Shown: piece by piece, positions 38,001 through 47,158 of the stretch
Position numbering within the stretch: position 1 is the first letter of the stretch
How the letters are laid out: every line of letters begins with the position of its first letter
The notes under the pieces: model-generated
What the model was told of the DNA's origin: nothing
Seen by the model: only the letters and a program-made list of their open reading frames with translations
The model's database searches: none
Virus record (IMG/VR): IMGVR_UViG_3300021373_001770
Span: 1-64,000 of that record
Origin: an uncultured virus (IMG/VR IMGVR_UViG_3300021373_001770)
Taxonomy: Duplodnaviria > Heunggongvirae > Uroviricota > Caudoviricetes
Length of the DNA: 64,000 nt
Reading direction: 5' to 3' (one strand)
Translations under genes and position numbers: made by a program

Positions 38001-39413
38001 TATCAAGCATGGCAACTTATTAGTGGTTCTGATACAAGTGCTGATAACGTATTATATTTTAGAACAGGCATTGGTACAACATGGGGAGACATGCATGAAA
38101 TATGGGGCTCTATGAGTTCTAAAGGAGAATTTGGTGATAATCATAGTATTACAGGTGATAGATCTTTTGCATTAGGTGACGGTAATACTGCATCTGGTGT
38201 TAATTCAGTTGCTTCAGGTAATATAACTACTGCATCAAATTTTGCATCAGTTGCATTTGGATATGATACTACAGCCAGTGGGGCAACTGCTATGGCTATA
38301 GGAGCATTAACAACAGCTTCTGGATCTAATTCATTTGCAGCTAATGGTAATACAAGAGCAACTAATAATGATTCTTCATCTTTTGGTCAAGAAACTTTAT
38401 CATCTGGTGCTCAGTCTTTTGCTATAGGATATAAGACAACAGCAAGTGGTGATTCTTCATTTTGTGGAGGTGGTGAAGGTTCTTCTGCTACTAATACAAA
38501 CTCTTTTGCTTTTGGTGCAGATGTAGATGTTACGGCTGCACACAGTGCTGGTTTTGGTAGAACACATGATATTTCTGGTTTAGAACATTTAGTAGGTGGT
38601 TTATCTAATACTATTAGCGGGGGTGCCAATTTAGTTGGTGGATCAATAAATACATTGGCAGGTGCACCTGAAGGTTTACTTATGTGTGGTGCTAGTAATT
38701 CTAATTTAAGTGGTGCTGGTGATTATAGTTTAATAGTAGGTCAATCTAATCAATGTCAATTTGGTGATTGGAGTTTTACTGGTGGTAAAGATTCAGACAA
38801 CTTTAGTAATTTTGGTATTGCATATGGTTCTGGTGCTACTGCAAGTAAAGCAAATACAAACTTTGCTTTTGGGGAAGGTGTTACAACACCAACTAATGCA
38901 ACAGCAGCAAATGATGCTAATCAATTTGTTGTTGGTAAATATAATAGTTATAGTGATGGTAGAATACATAGATTTTCAGTAGGTAATGGTAGTAGTGATG
39001 CTTCAAGATTTACTGCATTTTGTGTAGATAATTCAAGTAGAGTTGGTATCAAAGATCCTACGCCATCATATGAATTAGATGTAACAGGAACAATTAGAGC
39101 AACCGGTAACGTTATAGCATTTTCTGATGAAAGAGTTAAAGAAAATATTAAAACAATTGACTCAGCATTAGATAAAGTAAATAATTTAAGAGGTGTTGAG
39201 TTTAATAAAATAGGTGAAGAAAAAAAATCTATTGGTGTTATAGCCCAAGAAATAGAAAAGATACTTCCAGAAGTAGTTGAAACAGATGATAAAGGAATGA
39301 AATCAGTTGCTTATGGAAATATTGTGGGTGTCCTTATAGAAGCTGTTAAAGAACAACAAGCACAAATAAATCAACTTACAGATATAGTAGAAGAATTAAC
39401 TAAAAGAGTTTAA
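35004..39413 (+). CDS. Long tail fibre/spike with YadA-head-like repeats and C-terminal S74 chaperone
   Basis: About 14-aa AxGxxTTASG repeats; FSDERVKENIK...IGVIAQE...SVAY...LIEAVKE (Peptidase_S74). Confidence 0.9.
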   Translation: MAIKFLNSQSITGSLTVSSISNASSDTDKFLVSDNGIIKYRTGAQVRSDIGAGTGDGSVTSVGLGSLDGISGSIANQTTTPSISLTNTDKGSAQNIFKNVAVSGQGTIVADSNNDTITLVGTGVSITTNATTDTITFTASNNYLTSATFNTSDGVLTLNRQGLSAVTVDLDGRYVTSSGVTSIATQNGITGGTITSIGTLEVDATVVRTSGAQTIAGEKTFTNQLAVDTAGGSERMRLFNENNTAPIADSFSGNTSKSYIYFDTVSGSNDPGYIMHESSATETNEGVLHLVPTDDNATGDYVSIHGTNDQDVLKLHTNGLIESVNLQLEIKSGSGAVYVNDDLTVQTDLTVSGGDITLGGTGRIQGVDTVSAGTDAVNKNYVDNAVSGFVDGSGTANDVAMWSDSDTLTDAPIAISGNNATFAGDISIAGGDITSNGIEIISNSASSNILKIGDISVDDSIQQIHLDTWGATQIYLDDNETDIKSGTVKFSGGIQTSAPTTYLGLTSTNLLTERTVAQTKTDLGIITTVQTANQNRIAVSNINGPIVSIDANTSAVSSSSSNLATGAQIQTAIDTAITGVLKYQGTWNANTNTPTLTSGSGTPGYYYIVSTAGSTNLDGITDWAVGDWAVFSDQATDAWQKIDNTQVGNVTGSGANTRIPIWNSSSNLTSDSGLTFNTSTNALAVSGAVTWSGGGSSESNSAYDNMITGFSDSGSSTVTLTLTQQDGGTLSTSFAVPQGTVTGTGSSGRVAYWNSSSGITSDSAFTFTTNNGGRLQANNVILPNDGNYLGFDTSGNARTVATLDANNNIEISNSALQSGSNTNIYGGDNTIFYVGGSEELRINNVGAIGIAGTNYGTSGQVLTSSGSGSNPTWSNPNTGSNNYVSSVSFNTGDGILTLNRNGLSALTVDLDGRYNPTIGTDTDINTSGYSIIDQINMTDGVITSTGARDLLNVHVEDTRAAEKTPNDYLDKALSLDFTDEFGSLGSWWSGITMKGWADNYQAWQLISGSDTSADNVLYFRTGIGTTWGDMHEIWGSMSSKGEFGDNHSITGDRSFALGDGNTASGVNSVASGNITTASNFASVAFGYDTTASGATAMAIGALTTASGSNSFAANGNTRATNNDSSSFGQETLSSGAQSFAIGYKTTASGDSSFCGGGEGSSATNTNSFAFGADVDVTAAHSAGFGRTHDISGLEHLVGGLSNTISGGANLVGGSINTLAGAPEGLLMCGASNSNLSGAGDYSLIVGQSNQCQFGDWSFTGGKDSDNFSNFGIAYGSGATASKANTNFAFGEGVTTPTNATAANDANQFVVGKYNSYSDGRIHRFSVGNGSSDASRFTAFCVDNSSRVGIKDPTPSYELDVTGTIRATGNVIAFSDERVKENIKTIDSALDKVNNLRGVEFNKIGEEKKSIGVIAQEIEKILPEVVETDDKGMKSVAYGNIVGVLIEAVKEQQAQINQLTDIVEELTKRV

Positions 39414-39415
39414 TA

Positions 39416-39898
39416 ATGGCAATAGTTGATTCAGGTGTATTATTTTTAGGTAATAGTGAAGAAATAGTAGATGGAAGATCTATTGCCCGTGAATTAGGAA
39501 GGGAAAACGGAGGTGAAGTTTCCTTGGGAGAATCATCCGCAAGAGCTTTAGCACAAAGAGAAGGAACTATAGAAATATCAATGCAGGACTTTTATGGTAA
39601 ATCTCAAGCACAGTGTTTTCCACATTTATTTGGTTTTGATTCTAAAGATCCGTCACTTGCATGTAACAATTATGGTACTGGATCTTTAACAATATATTCT
39701 ACACAATTTATTGATTGTGATAGTTTCCAACAATGGAATGAAACAGGAGGTTCTACCCCTTTCTTTACAGATGCAGCATGTACACAATCATGGATAAGAA
39801 TATTATGGGGATGGTACAGTTTTCAAGATTCACTAGGAGGGATATGGACTATTAATTTTGGATCTGGTGGTTGGGGAAAATGTGCGCCATGTAGTTAA
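39416..39898 (+). CDS. Fibre-tip adhesin-like protein
   Basis: N-terminal IARELG...ISMQDFYGKS resembles fibre-attachment domains (T-even gp38 N-terminal-like); aromatic/Cys-rich C-terminus. Confidence 0.55.
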   Translation: MAIVDSGVLFLGNSEEIVDGRSIARELGRENGGEVSLGESSARALAQREGTIEISMQDFYGKSQAQCFPHLFGFDSKDPSLACNNYGTGSLTIYSTQFIDCDSFQQWNETGGSTPFFTDAACTQSWIRILWGWYSFQDSLGGIWTINFGSGGWGKCAPCS

Positions 39899-39945
39899 AG
39901 AAAATAATTTTTATTATATTTACATAAAATTTTAAAATTTTTATA

Positions 39946-40338
39946 ATGGCAAAAAGAAAAACAAGAAAAAAAACAGTTAAAAAATCTGTTGAAAAACAAA
40001 CAAAAGAATTAGGACCTGATGATATTAAATATACTTGGGAAATTGTTTCAATAGTTACATCTGCACAATCAACTATTGAACAAATTATATACGAACTTCA
40101 CGGTACTGTTGGTAAATATTCTACAAAGAAAATGGCAGCAGCAACTGGAGCACTAGCTCTTTCATTTGATCCAAAAGATAAATATACTACTACAGATTAC
40201 AATCAGTTTAAAAAAAATGATTTAATAAAATATGTAAAAAGTAAATTGAGTGATAAATACTTAAATAGTTTAAAAAATATTATTACTCAAGAATTATTTG
40301 GAAATAAAAAAATAATTTCTGGATCTGATTTAAAATAA
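39946..40338 (+). CDS. Hypothetical protein (fibre-associated)
   Basis: ORF track; YTWEI motif; downstream of the fibres. Confidence 0.55.
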   Translation: MAKRKTRKKTVKKSVEKQTKELGPDDIKYTWEIVSIVTSAQSTIEQIIYELHGTVGKYSTKKMAAATGALALSFDPKDKYTTTDYNQFKKNDLIKYVKSKLSDKYLNSLKNIITQELFGNKKIISGSDLK

Positions 40339-40372
40339 TTTACTATATTTGTTAATATAAAAACCAAATAAG

Positions 40373-40627
40373 ATGGCTAAAGCAAAAACAAAAAAGGCAG
40401 CTAAATCAATTACAGCTGCAGAGTTAAAAGAAGTCCAAGATGTTCAGACAACACTTAATCAAGTTATTTATAACATAGGTGCTGCTGAAATAGCAACTCA
40501 GAAATTGCATGAAGCTCATGCATCTGCAAATGCAAAATTTCAAGAAGTTACTGCAAAACTACAAAAAAAATATGGTGAGGTTAATGTAGATTTATCTACA
40601 GGTAATATTACACCAATAGAGGCATAA
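40373..40627 (+). CDS. Small coiled-coil protein (possible fibre chaperone)
   Basis: Coiled coil ending KYGEVNVDLSTG; own TATATTTG at 40344-40351. Confidence 0.55.
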   Translation: MAKAKTKKAAKSITAAELKEVQDVQTTLNQVIYNIGAAEIATQKLHEAHASANAKFQEVTAKLQKKYGEVNVDLSTGNITPIEA

Positions 40628-40754
40628 TACTTCACTTCTCATAATATTCTTACAAAAGTTTTTAAGATCAGACTTTTCTGGTTTTAAAAATTTTTGTATA
40701 TTATAATTGTATAGTTTGTAAGTCAGAAGTACATTATAATAAAAAAGAATATTT

Positions 40755-42965
40755 ATGATCCCAACAAATTCAAGTATAACCACAAACGGTTGTGATAATA
40801 TATCATCCAATTGTGTAATTTGGCAAGGGCCAGATATTGCATGTATAGATTTATGTACTGGTGATACTATAAGCATAGTTACAAAAAAAATTGCAGATAA
40901 GGTTTGTCAAATTATAACTGATGGTGTAACTGCTAATCCGGACTTAACAGGATTAGATTTAAGTTGTCTTAATATTCAAGGTGTAACACCAACAGAATTG
41001 GTTCCTGTTCTTCAGGCAATGGTTACTCAAATATGTGCTAACACAAATAGTAGTGGAGGCGGAGGTATGAGTCCTTTACCAACTATGACATTACCTGCTT
41101 GTTTAGTGTATGATGATCCAAGTGGAAACCCAGTAACACAATTACCACTAGATCAATTTGCTACATTAATTGCAAATCAGGTATGTACTAATTTAGCAAG
41201 TATTACTACTATAAATGCTACTTTAACAAGTTACAATACTAGAATTACAACTTTAGAAAATTGTGTTTTACCTTGTGGTGGTTCAGTGGCAGAAGTTCAA
41301 ATAGTACCTACTTGTGTAAGTAATGTAGGTCAATTAACTAATGTATCGGTAGTAGTATTAGCACTTGAAAGTGCGTTTTGTGCATTACAAACGGCTGTTG
41401 GTTTACCTGGAGCTATATCTTCTGCAATATCTCAAACAGTAATTACAGGATCTTATAATACACTAACAGATAATAGTGTTTCCTATGGAAGTATTGTTGG
41501 TTGGAATAATAGTCCAAGTACATTGGCAGAAAGCGTTCAAAATGCATGGGTTGTAATTGATGATTTATATAGTGCAGTAGCAGCTATACAAACAAATTGT
41601 TGTCCTAGTGGATGTGACGGTGTTGTTTTTGCATACTCTACATCTACTCAAATTAATACATCAGGTGTAATAACAGGTATTAATTTTGATTTTACAGGAT
41701 CTACTATACCTGCTTCATTTAATGATACATCAGGTTATTCTATTATTACTTTAACAGATGCAAATGGAGCTTCAACAAATACAGTATTTAGTGTAGCAAG
41801 TTTACAAAATAATCCAACAGGATTATTAGTGTCAACTGGAACTTTAAATACTTTTCAAAATATTCAAGTTGCTATAAGTTTCTCAGTTACTGATGGTAGT
41901 GATACATGTGAAGCAGCTCAAAATTCTGTGGTTAATGGCGTAATACCTTGTCCAACTATGTTATCATCAGCAATTACTACAACAGAAGCAACAATATCAT
42001 TTGGTAATTTATTAGGTACTAGTGCTGTATATACATTAGACTTGTTAGATGTTAGCAATAATGTGGTTGCTACACAAGTATTTAATAATCCAGGTGTATC
42101 ATTAACACATACATTTACAGGATTAACTCCAGGCAGTAATTATACAGCTAGGCTTACTATAGGTATTGGTGGAGCAACTGAGGTGTGTGCTAATACAATT
42201 AATTTTACAACAGTTAATGGTGCAGCACCATGTACAGATGGTATGGATGTAGCATTTGTTATTGATTACACTGCCTCTATGGGTACTGAAATAAATTCAA
42301 TTAAAACTGGATTTGCTTCATTAGTAAACACTATTCAAACAAGCTCAGGAGCTAATAATTATAGAATAGGTGTTACTACTGCTGATGAATATACAGATCC
42401 TACTACTCAACCTACTTATAGTGCATGTGCTGATTATCAAGCATTACCAGCTTCACAAAGAATTATAAATACAGGAATAGGACATACACAAGTTATTACA
42501 GCTTGGGAAATGTTCTCAGATAATAATGGTGCAAGTGCTACAACACAAGTTAATTTACTTAATGATGGTGTGGGTGATGGTACAGGATGTATTCAATTAG
42601 GTAATGGTGGTGGTGCTCCTGAACCAACAGATATGGCCATAAATCAAATATTAAATAATAATTTCTTAGGCGCTTGGAGACCAAACGTTGCTAAGTATAT
42701 TATTGTTATAACAGATGAATTGTCAGGTGGTCCAGACGATAGCTTTACTGCAGTAGATTATGCACAAATACAAACGTTTATTAATCAAGCATTAGCACAA
42801 GGAGTTACAATATTTGTTCTAGGTGAAGGGGTTGATAAAACATTTAATAATGGTGGTACTTTAGTATACCCATGGAGAGAGTTAGCAGATCAAACAGGAG
42901 GTAGTTGGAATATAAATGAAGATCCATCTACAATAAATGCAGAAATAGTAGCTGGTTGTTCATAA
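40755..42965 (+). CDS. Cys-rich virion protein with FN3-like and C-terminal vWA domains
   Basis: FTGLTPGSNYTAR (FN3); DVAFVIDYTASM, GGGAPE and WRPNVAKYIIVITDE (vWA). Confidence 0.75.
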   Translation: MIPTNSSITTNGCDNISSNCVIWQGPDIACIDLCTGDTISIVTKKIADKVCQIITDGVTANPDLTGLDLSCLNIQGVTPTELVPVLQAMVTQICANTNSSGGGGMSPLPTMTLPACLVYDDPSGNPVTQLPLDQFATLIANQVCTNLASITTINATLTSYNTRITTLENCVLPCGGSVAEVQIVPTCVSNVGQLTNVSVVVLALESAFCALQTAVGLPGAISSAISQTVITGSYNTLTDNSVSYGSIVGWNNSPSTLAESVQNAWVVIDDLYSAVAAIQTNCCPSGCDGVVFAYSTSTQINTSGVITGINFDFTGSTIPASFNDTSGYSIITLTDANGASTNTVFSVASLQNNPTGLLVSTGTLNTFQNIQVAISFSVTDGSDTCEAAQNSVVNGVIPCPTMLSSAITTTEATISFGNLLGTSAVYTLDLLDVSNNVVATQVFNNPGVSLTHTFTGLTPGSNYTARLTIGIGGATEVCANTINFTTVNGAAPCTDGMDVAFVIDYTASMGTEINSIKTGFASLVNTIQTSSGANNYRIGVTTADEYTDPTTQPTYSACADYQALPASQRIINTGIGHTQVITAWEMFSDNNGASATTQVNLLNDGVGDGTGCIQLGNGGGAPEPTDMAINQILNNNFLGAWRPNVAKYIIVITDELSGGPDDSFTAVDYAQIQTFINQALAQGVTIFVLGEGVDKTFNNGGTLVYPWRELADQTGGSWNINEDPSTINAEIVAGCS

Positions 42966-42982
42966 AATAAAAAAGAATTAAA

Positions 42983-43546
42983 ATGGCATGTAATTGTACA
43001 AAATGTAGTCAAAAGTGTAGCTGTGCTGATACAGCATTAACAAACCCGTGTACTTATACAGATTGTAGTGTAGGTAGCGAAAGATGTGATGATATACAGT
43101 GTGCTGCATGTGTAAGCTATTGTGGTACATCTTTTAAGATAGGTGATACTGGTAGTGAAATAGTTATAACTTCTGGTGAAAGATTAGATTCTATTATTCA
43201 AAAGTTTGCTATGATATTGGCAAATGGTTTAGGTGCTTGTACATCAAGTGATTTACAACATGATCCATATAATGTTTATGCTGGTGTTATTACAAGTAGT
43301 ACAGCAGAAGTAATATGGGATGGATTATGGAGTTCAAGCACTGGAGTAAATATATATTTAGATACTCAAATAGCTCCAGGAGGTTGGGTATTACAAAACT
43401 CATCACCTATTGCAACTACAATAAATAATTTTCAATTGACTAATTTAACAGCAAGTACTGCATATAAAGTAAAAGTTGTTGATAATGGAAACAGTGCAGC
43501 ATGTAAACCAATAGAGATTTTATTCTCAACATTAGCGGCATCATAA
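42983..43546 (+). CDS. Cys-rich protein with FN3-like domain
   Basis: Cys-dense N-terminus; LTNLTASTAYKVKV. Confidence 0.7.
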   Translation: MACNCTKCSQKCSCADTALTNPCTYTDCSVGSERCDDIQCAACVSYCGTSFKIGDTGSEIVITSGERLDSIIQKFAMILANGLGACTSSDLQHDPYNVYAGVITSSTAEVIWDGLWSSSTGVNIYLDTQIAPGGWVLQNSSPIATTINNFQLTNLTASTAYKVKVVDNGNSAACKPIEILFSTLAAS

Positions 43547-43552
43547 AAAAAA

Positions 43553-43626
43553 CAACAAGTGGTGGTTTGTTGGTTTTTCTACTACAAACGTTGGGAGAGA
43601 CTGGGGTGACTCAGTCTCTTTTTTTT
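43553..43626 (+). ncRNA. Candidate small RNA: antisense-loop hairpin plus terminator
   Basis: GTGGTGG(43559-65)/CTACTAC(43579-85) stem with 2 G-U pairs, loop TTTGTTGGTTTTT, outer stem CAAC/GTTG, then a terminator. Confidence 0.55.
43595..43626 (+). terminator. Intrinsic terminator
   Basis: GAGAGACTGGG-gtga-CTCAGTCTCT followed by a T run. Confidence 0.85.
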
Positions 43627-43676
43627 ACAATTAAATAAAAATGCTTATTTTTACATAAATCCTAATTAAAACTTTT

Positions 43677-44897
43677 ATGTCAAATTATCTCAAACAAAGA
43701 ATTATTGAAAGCCTCAAATGGAAAAAACATCCTTCATATTGTGCAGATAAATTAAATATTACTGAATCACAATATACTAAATTAAAGAAGCAAATATTAC
43801 AAGAAAGAAAAAAGGATAAAAAGAAAGATAAATTTTTTAGTAAAGCTGCAGATAATGCTCAACTAGTTGAATCAATAGATTTAGAAAAAGGGGAAGGTAA
43901 AATATCTGGTACATTTGATCATGAACCTAAAAGCGCTGAAGAAATTATTAAACTACTTAAGATAGATACAAACAAATGGAAACTATCACAATATTGGAAT
44001 AAACAAATGGGTGATCACTGGAGAGTTTCTGCATTAATTAGTCAGATAAAAAATCCAGATGAAAAACATTTTGAAGAGCTTCTTAAAAATTGGAAACCTC
44101 AGCAATATAAATTACCAAAAACTAAACTAAATAAAAAAGGAGAAAAAGTTTGTGGTGTTATGTCATTACAAGATATTCATTTTGGTAAACAAGGAAATGA
44201 AACTATTGATAAAGATTTTGAGGAAACCATTATTAATTTATTAGAAAGAGCTACACCAGCACATAATATTGAAAAGATGTATTTTGTTGTAGGAGGTGAT
44301 CTAATCAACATGGATACATTTGAGGGTACAACTACAAGTGGGACAGGATTAGATAATTGTATGACAGCTACAGATGCATATATACAAGCATTTAATGCTA
44401 TGCATTGGGCTATTGGTTATATAAAAGCTTTCTGTAAAGAACTAGTTATAGTTTATGTACCTGGTAATCATGATAGACTTTCTTCATTTCATTTAGTTCA
44501 TGCTCTATCACAATCTATAGATAGTAATGAAATTACTTGGGATATTAAATATGAAGAAAGAAAAGTTCATGTGTGGTATAATAATTTTAATGCATTTGAA
44601 CATGGTGATAAAAGAAGTAAAAATAACCCATTAATATATGCATCTGAATATCCTAAAGAATGGGGTCAAACAGTTAATAGAACTTTATTTAAAGGTCATA
44701 TTCATACAGATAGAAAAGTAGAATACATGACATCTAATGAGACAGCAGGTTTTATAGAAAAGACATTACCCAGTCTAGGTAAAACAGATTATTACCACTA
44801 TTCTAATAAGTATGTAGGTAACAGAAGAACAGGTAAATTAGAATTACAGCATCCAACTTTGGGTAATATAGCTGAATTTGCACATCAAGTATTATAA
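43677..44897 (+). CDS. Calcineurin-like metallophosphoesterase
   Basis: DIHFG, GGDLIN, PGNHD, EHGD and GHIH. Confidence 0.9.
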   Translation: MSNYLKQRIIESLKWKKHPSYCADKLNITESQYTKLKKQILQERKKDKKKDKFFSKAADNAQLVESIDLEKGEGKISGTFDHEPKSAEEIIKLLKIDTNKWKLSQYWNKQMGDHWRVSALISQIKNPDEKHFEELLKNWKPQQYKLPKTKLNKKGEKVCGVMSLQDIHFGKQGNETIDKDFEETIINLLERATPAHNIEKMYFVVGGDLINMDTFEGTTTSGTGLDNCMTATDAYIQAFNAMHWAIGYIKAFCKELVIVYVPGNHDRLSSFHLVHALSQSIDSNEITWDIKYEERKVHVWYNNFNAFEHGDKRSKNNPLIYASEYPKEWGQTVNRTLFKGHIHTDRKVEYMTSNETAGFIEKTLPSLGKTDYYHYSNKYVGNRRTGKLELQHPTLGNIAEFAHQVL

Positions 44898-44934
44898 AGA
44901 CTCCTGTTAAATTTCATTTAATGGGGTTTTTTTT
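44898..44934 (+). terminator. Intrinsic terminator
   Basis: ACTCCTGTTAAAT/ATTTAATGGGGT followed by a T run. Confidence 0.65.
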
Positions 44935-44955
44935 GTAAATTATAAATGTAACCAT

Positions 44956-45522
44956 ATGATTAATAATTTTAGAAAGCCTGATCTAAAAGCACCTAGATAT
45001 AGAGAAAAGAGATTGGGGTTATTAAACGAGGAAACAATAAGAGAGTTCAAAGATAAAAAACCTATGTACTCTCAAATAGATAATGTTAAATTAAAAAAGA
45101 TTATAAAACTATATAATGTAAAACTTTGGAATGCAGTTATAAACAATAGAGATGGTGTAGAATTACCTGATTCATTAGGTTTTTTATTTATTGGAACGTG
45201 TAAGCCTTCTAAAACAGTTAATACTAATTATGCTTTATCTAAACAATATGGCAAGGTTTTACAAAATAAAAACTGGGAAACTGATGGTAATTTGGGTAAG
45301 ATATTTTATACAAATTATTCAACTAAATATAGATTTAAAAATAGAGAGTTGTGGAGGTTTGTTGCATGTAGAGAGTTTAAAAGAGCTGTAGCTAAAAGCT
45401 ATCCTAATAATTGGACCAGATATGTAGTTATGAAGAATAAATATAGAGTAGCTCATTTATATGATGAGAACTCAGATGAAACCAACAAAGCATTAAAGTA
45501 TTATAATGAATTTGAAAAATAA
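44956..45522 (+). CDS. crAss-type IHF-like protein
   Basis: DGVELPDSLGFLFIG...WRFVACREFKRAVAK; synteny before the tubular and muzzle genes. Confidence 0.6.
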   Translation: MINNFRKPDLKAPRYREKRLGLLNEETIREFKDKKPMYSQIDNVKLKKIIKLYNVKLWNAVINNRDGVELPDSLGFLFIGTCKPSKTVNTNYALSKQYGKVLQNKNWETDGNLGKIFYTNYSTKYRFKNRELWRFVACREFKRAVAKSYPNNWTRYVVMKNKYRVAHLYDENSDETNKALKYYNEFEK

Positions 45523-45527
45523 AAAGA

Positions 45528-46199
45528 ATGGCAACAATAGCAGAAACAATATCTAGAATTAGGGGTCAAGTCAAAGCTGAAGTTCAAGATGCTTTTGTTA
45601 CTGATAGATATATTTATAGTCTTATTGAAAAATATGCTCAGTTCTTAATGAGAAGGCAAGACTATGCAAACAAACTTATAAAATTTAATTCAGTTTGGAA
45701 AACATTACCATATGTAGAATTGATTGAGGTAGATAAAGTAGAAGCACATTGTGCTGGAATACAAAGTGGTTGTACAATAAAACGTACAAAAAATAAACTT
45801 CCATCAATGTTTGAAGGATATTGGGGACCTCTTATACGAACCATAAGTTCTATTGATGGATCACAAGAGTTACAAGCAACTCAACCAGGAACTTACACCT
45901 CTATGACTAAAACTACTACTTTTAAATATAATAGATCATTATATTTTTGGTGGCTTGATGGTTATATATATTGCCCAAACATAGAATGGGATGCTATTAA
46001 AGTTGAAGGTGTATTTGATTCTGATATTACTAAATGGGATTGTGATATAGAAAATGACTGCACACCTAGATATGATCAACAAATATTTATACCAGAGGCT
46101 TTGTTTGCAGAAATAGAAAGTCAAGTTGTTGCAGCAATGACAAATACAATGCAAATCCCTTCAGAAGATTCTGATAACAAAAGAAACATAAATAGATAA
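45528..46199 (+). CDS. Tail ring/tubular protein
   Basis: Size and synteny; DGYIY...VEGVF. Confidence 0.65.
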   Translation: MATIAETISRIRGQVKAEVQDAFVTDRYIYSLIEKYAQFLMRRQDYANKLIKFNSVWKTLPYVELIEVDKVEAHCAGIQSGCTIKRTKNKLPSMFEGYWGPLIRTISSIDGSQELQATQPGTYTSMTKTTTFKYNRSLYFWWLDGYIYCPNIEWDAIKVEGVFDSDITKWDCDIENDCTPRYDQQIFIPEALFAEIESQVVAAMTNTMQIPSEDSDNKRNINR

Positions 46200-46201
46200 T
46201 A

Positions 46202-47140
46202 ATGGGAGTATCACATAAATATAGAACGTTTAGTCAATTAATGGAAGATGTATCTATTGATTTTTCTACATATGCATTAGAAGGTATGATAGAACCTCAA
46301 CAGCTAATAAAAGTTGCACAAAGGGTAAACTATGATTTAGGTTTAAAAATACATAGAACTAAGCAAGTAATAATTGATATTGAACATGGTAAAGGACAAT
46401 TGCCTGTAGATTTTAAATATATTAATTATGCATTTAGATGTGGTAATTATAAAATAAACACAACAATGCCGTCAGGTACACACGTTGAAACATTTAATGA
46501 TGTTCCATATGTACCTGCACCAGGTGAGAAAGCTCCGTGCAATACAGATCCTACATGTAAAGATGTATGTGTAATTAAAACATGTGATGATGAAAAAAGT
46601 TATCAATTAGTTCAAAGAGTTGGGCCAGATCAGTATAGATGTTTTGATACTTGGACACAACTTAGAATTCAAGATGTTAATGATGCTGTATGTTATTGTC
46701 CAACATTAGGAGCACAAGCATTAGATATTGCTGAAGTAAAAGATGGATGGCTTATTACAACTTTTAAAACAGGTAAAGTTTATTTGAGTTATCAAGGAGC
46801 TATGGAAGATACTTTTGGTGATTTACTGGTATTAGATCATCCATACTGTAATGAATATTATGAGTATGCCATAAAACAAAGAATACTTGAGAATATGGTT
46901 TGGCAAGGAGAAAATGTATCTAATCAATTAGGATTAGTAGAACAAAGGTTAAGAGCTGCAAGAAATAATGCATTAGGTTTTGTTAATACTCCTGATTTTA
47001 AAGATATGTGGAAAGTCTTTACAATGAATAGAAGAGCACAGTATCATAATTATTATAATATGTTTTTGAGTTATGCTCCTATAAACCCAAGAGTTGTTTC
47101 TGCACCAAATGTTTCATCAAGCGGTAGCACAACAGTTTGA
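46202..47140 (+). CDS. Tail ring/tubular protein
   Basis: GQLPVDF...TGKVYLSYQG; immediately before the muzzle gene. Confidence 0.65.
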   Translation: MGVSHKYRTFSQLMEDVSIDFSTYALEGMIEPQQLIKVAQRVNYDLGLKIHRTKQVIIDIEHGKGQLPVDFKYINYAFRCGNYKINTTMPSGTHVETFNDVPYVPAPGEKAPCNTDPTCKDVCVIKTCDDEKSYQLVQRVGPDQYRCFDTWTQLRIQDVNDAVCYCPTLGAQALDIAEVKDGWLITTFKTGKVYLSYQGAMEDTFGDLLVLDHPYCNEYYEYAIKQRILENMVWQGENVSNQLGLVEQRLRAARNNALGFVNTPDFKDMWKVFTMNRRAQYHNYYNMFLSYAPINPRVVSAPNVSSSGSTTV

Positions 47141-47158
47141 AAATAGAAGTAATATATT

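Noticed and set aside
32617..43546. Diversity-generating retroelement acting on fibres
   Set aside because: No reverse transcriptase in the window, and I noticed no template/variable repeat pair differing only at adenines.
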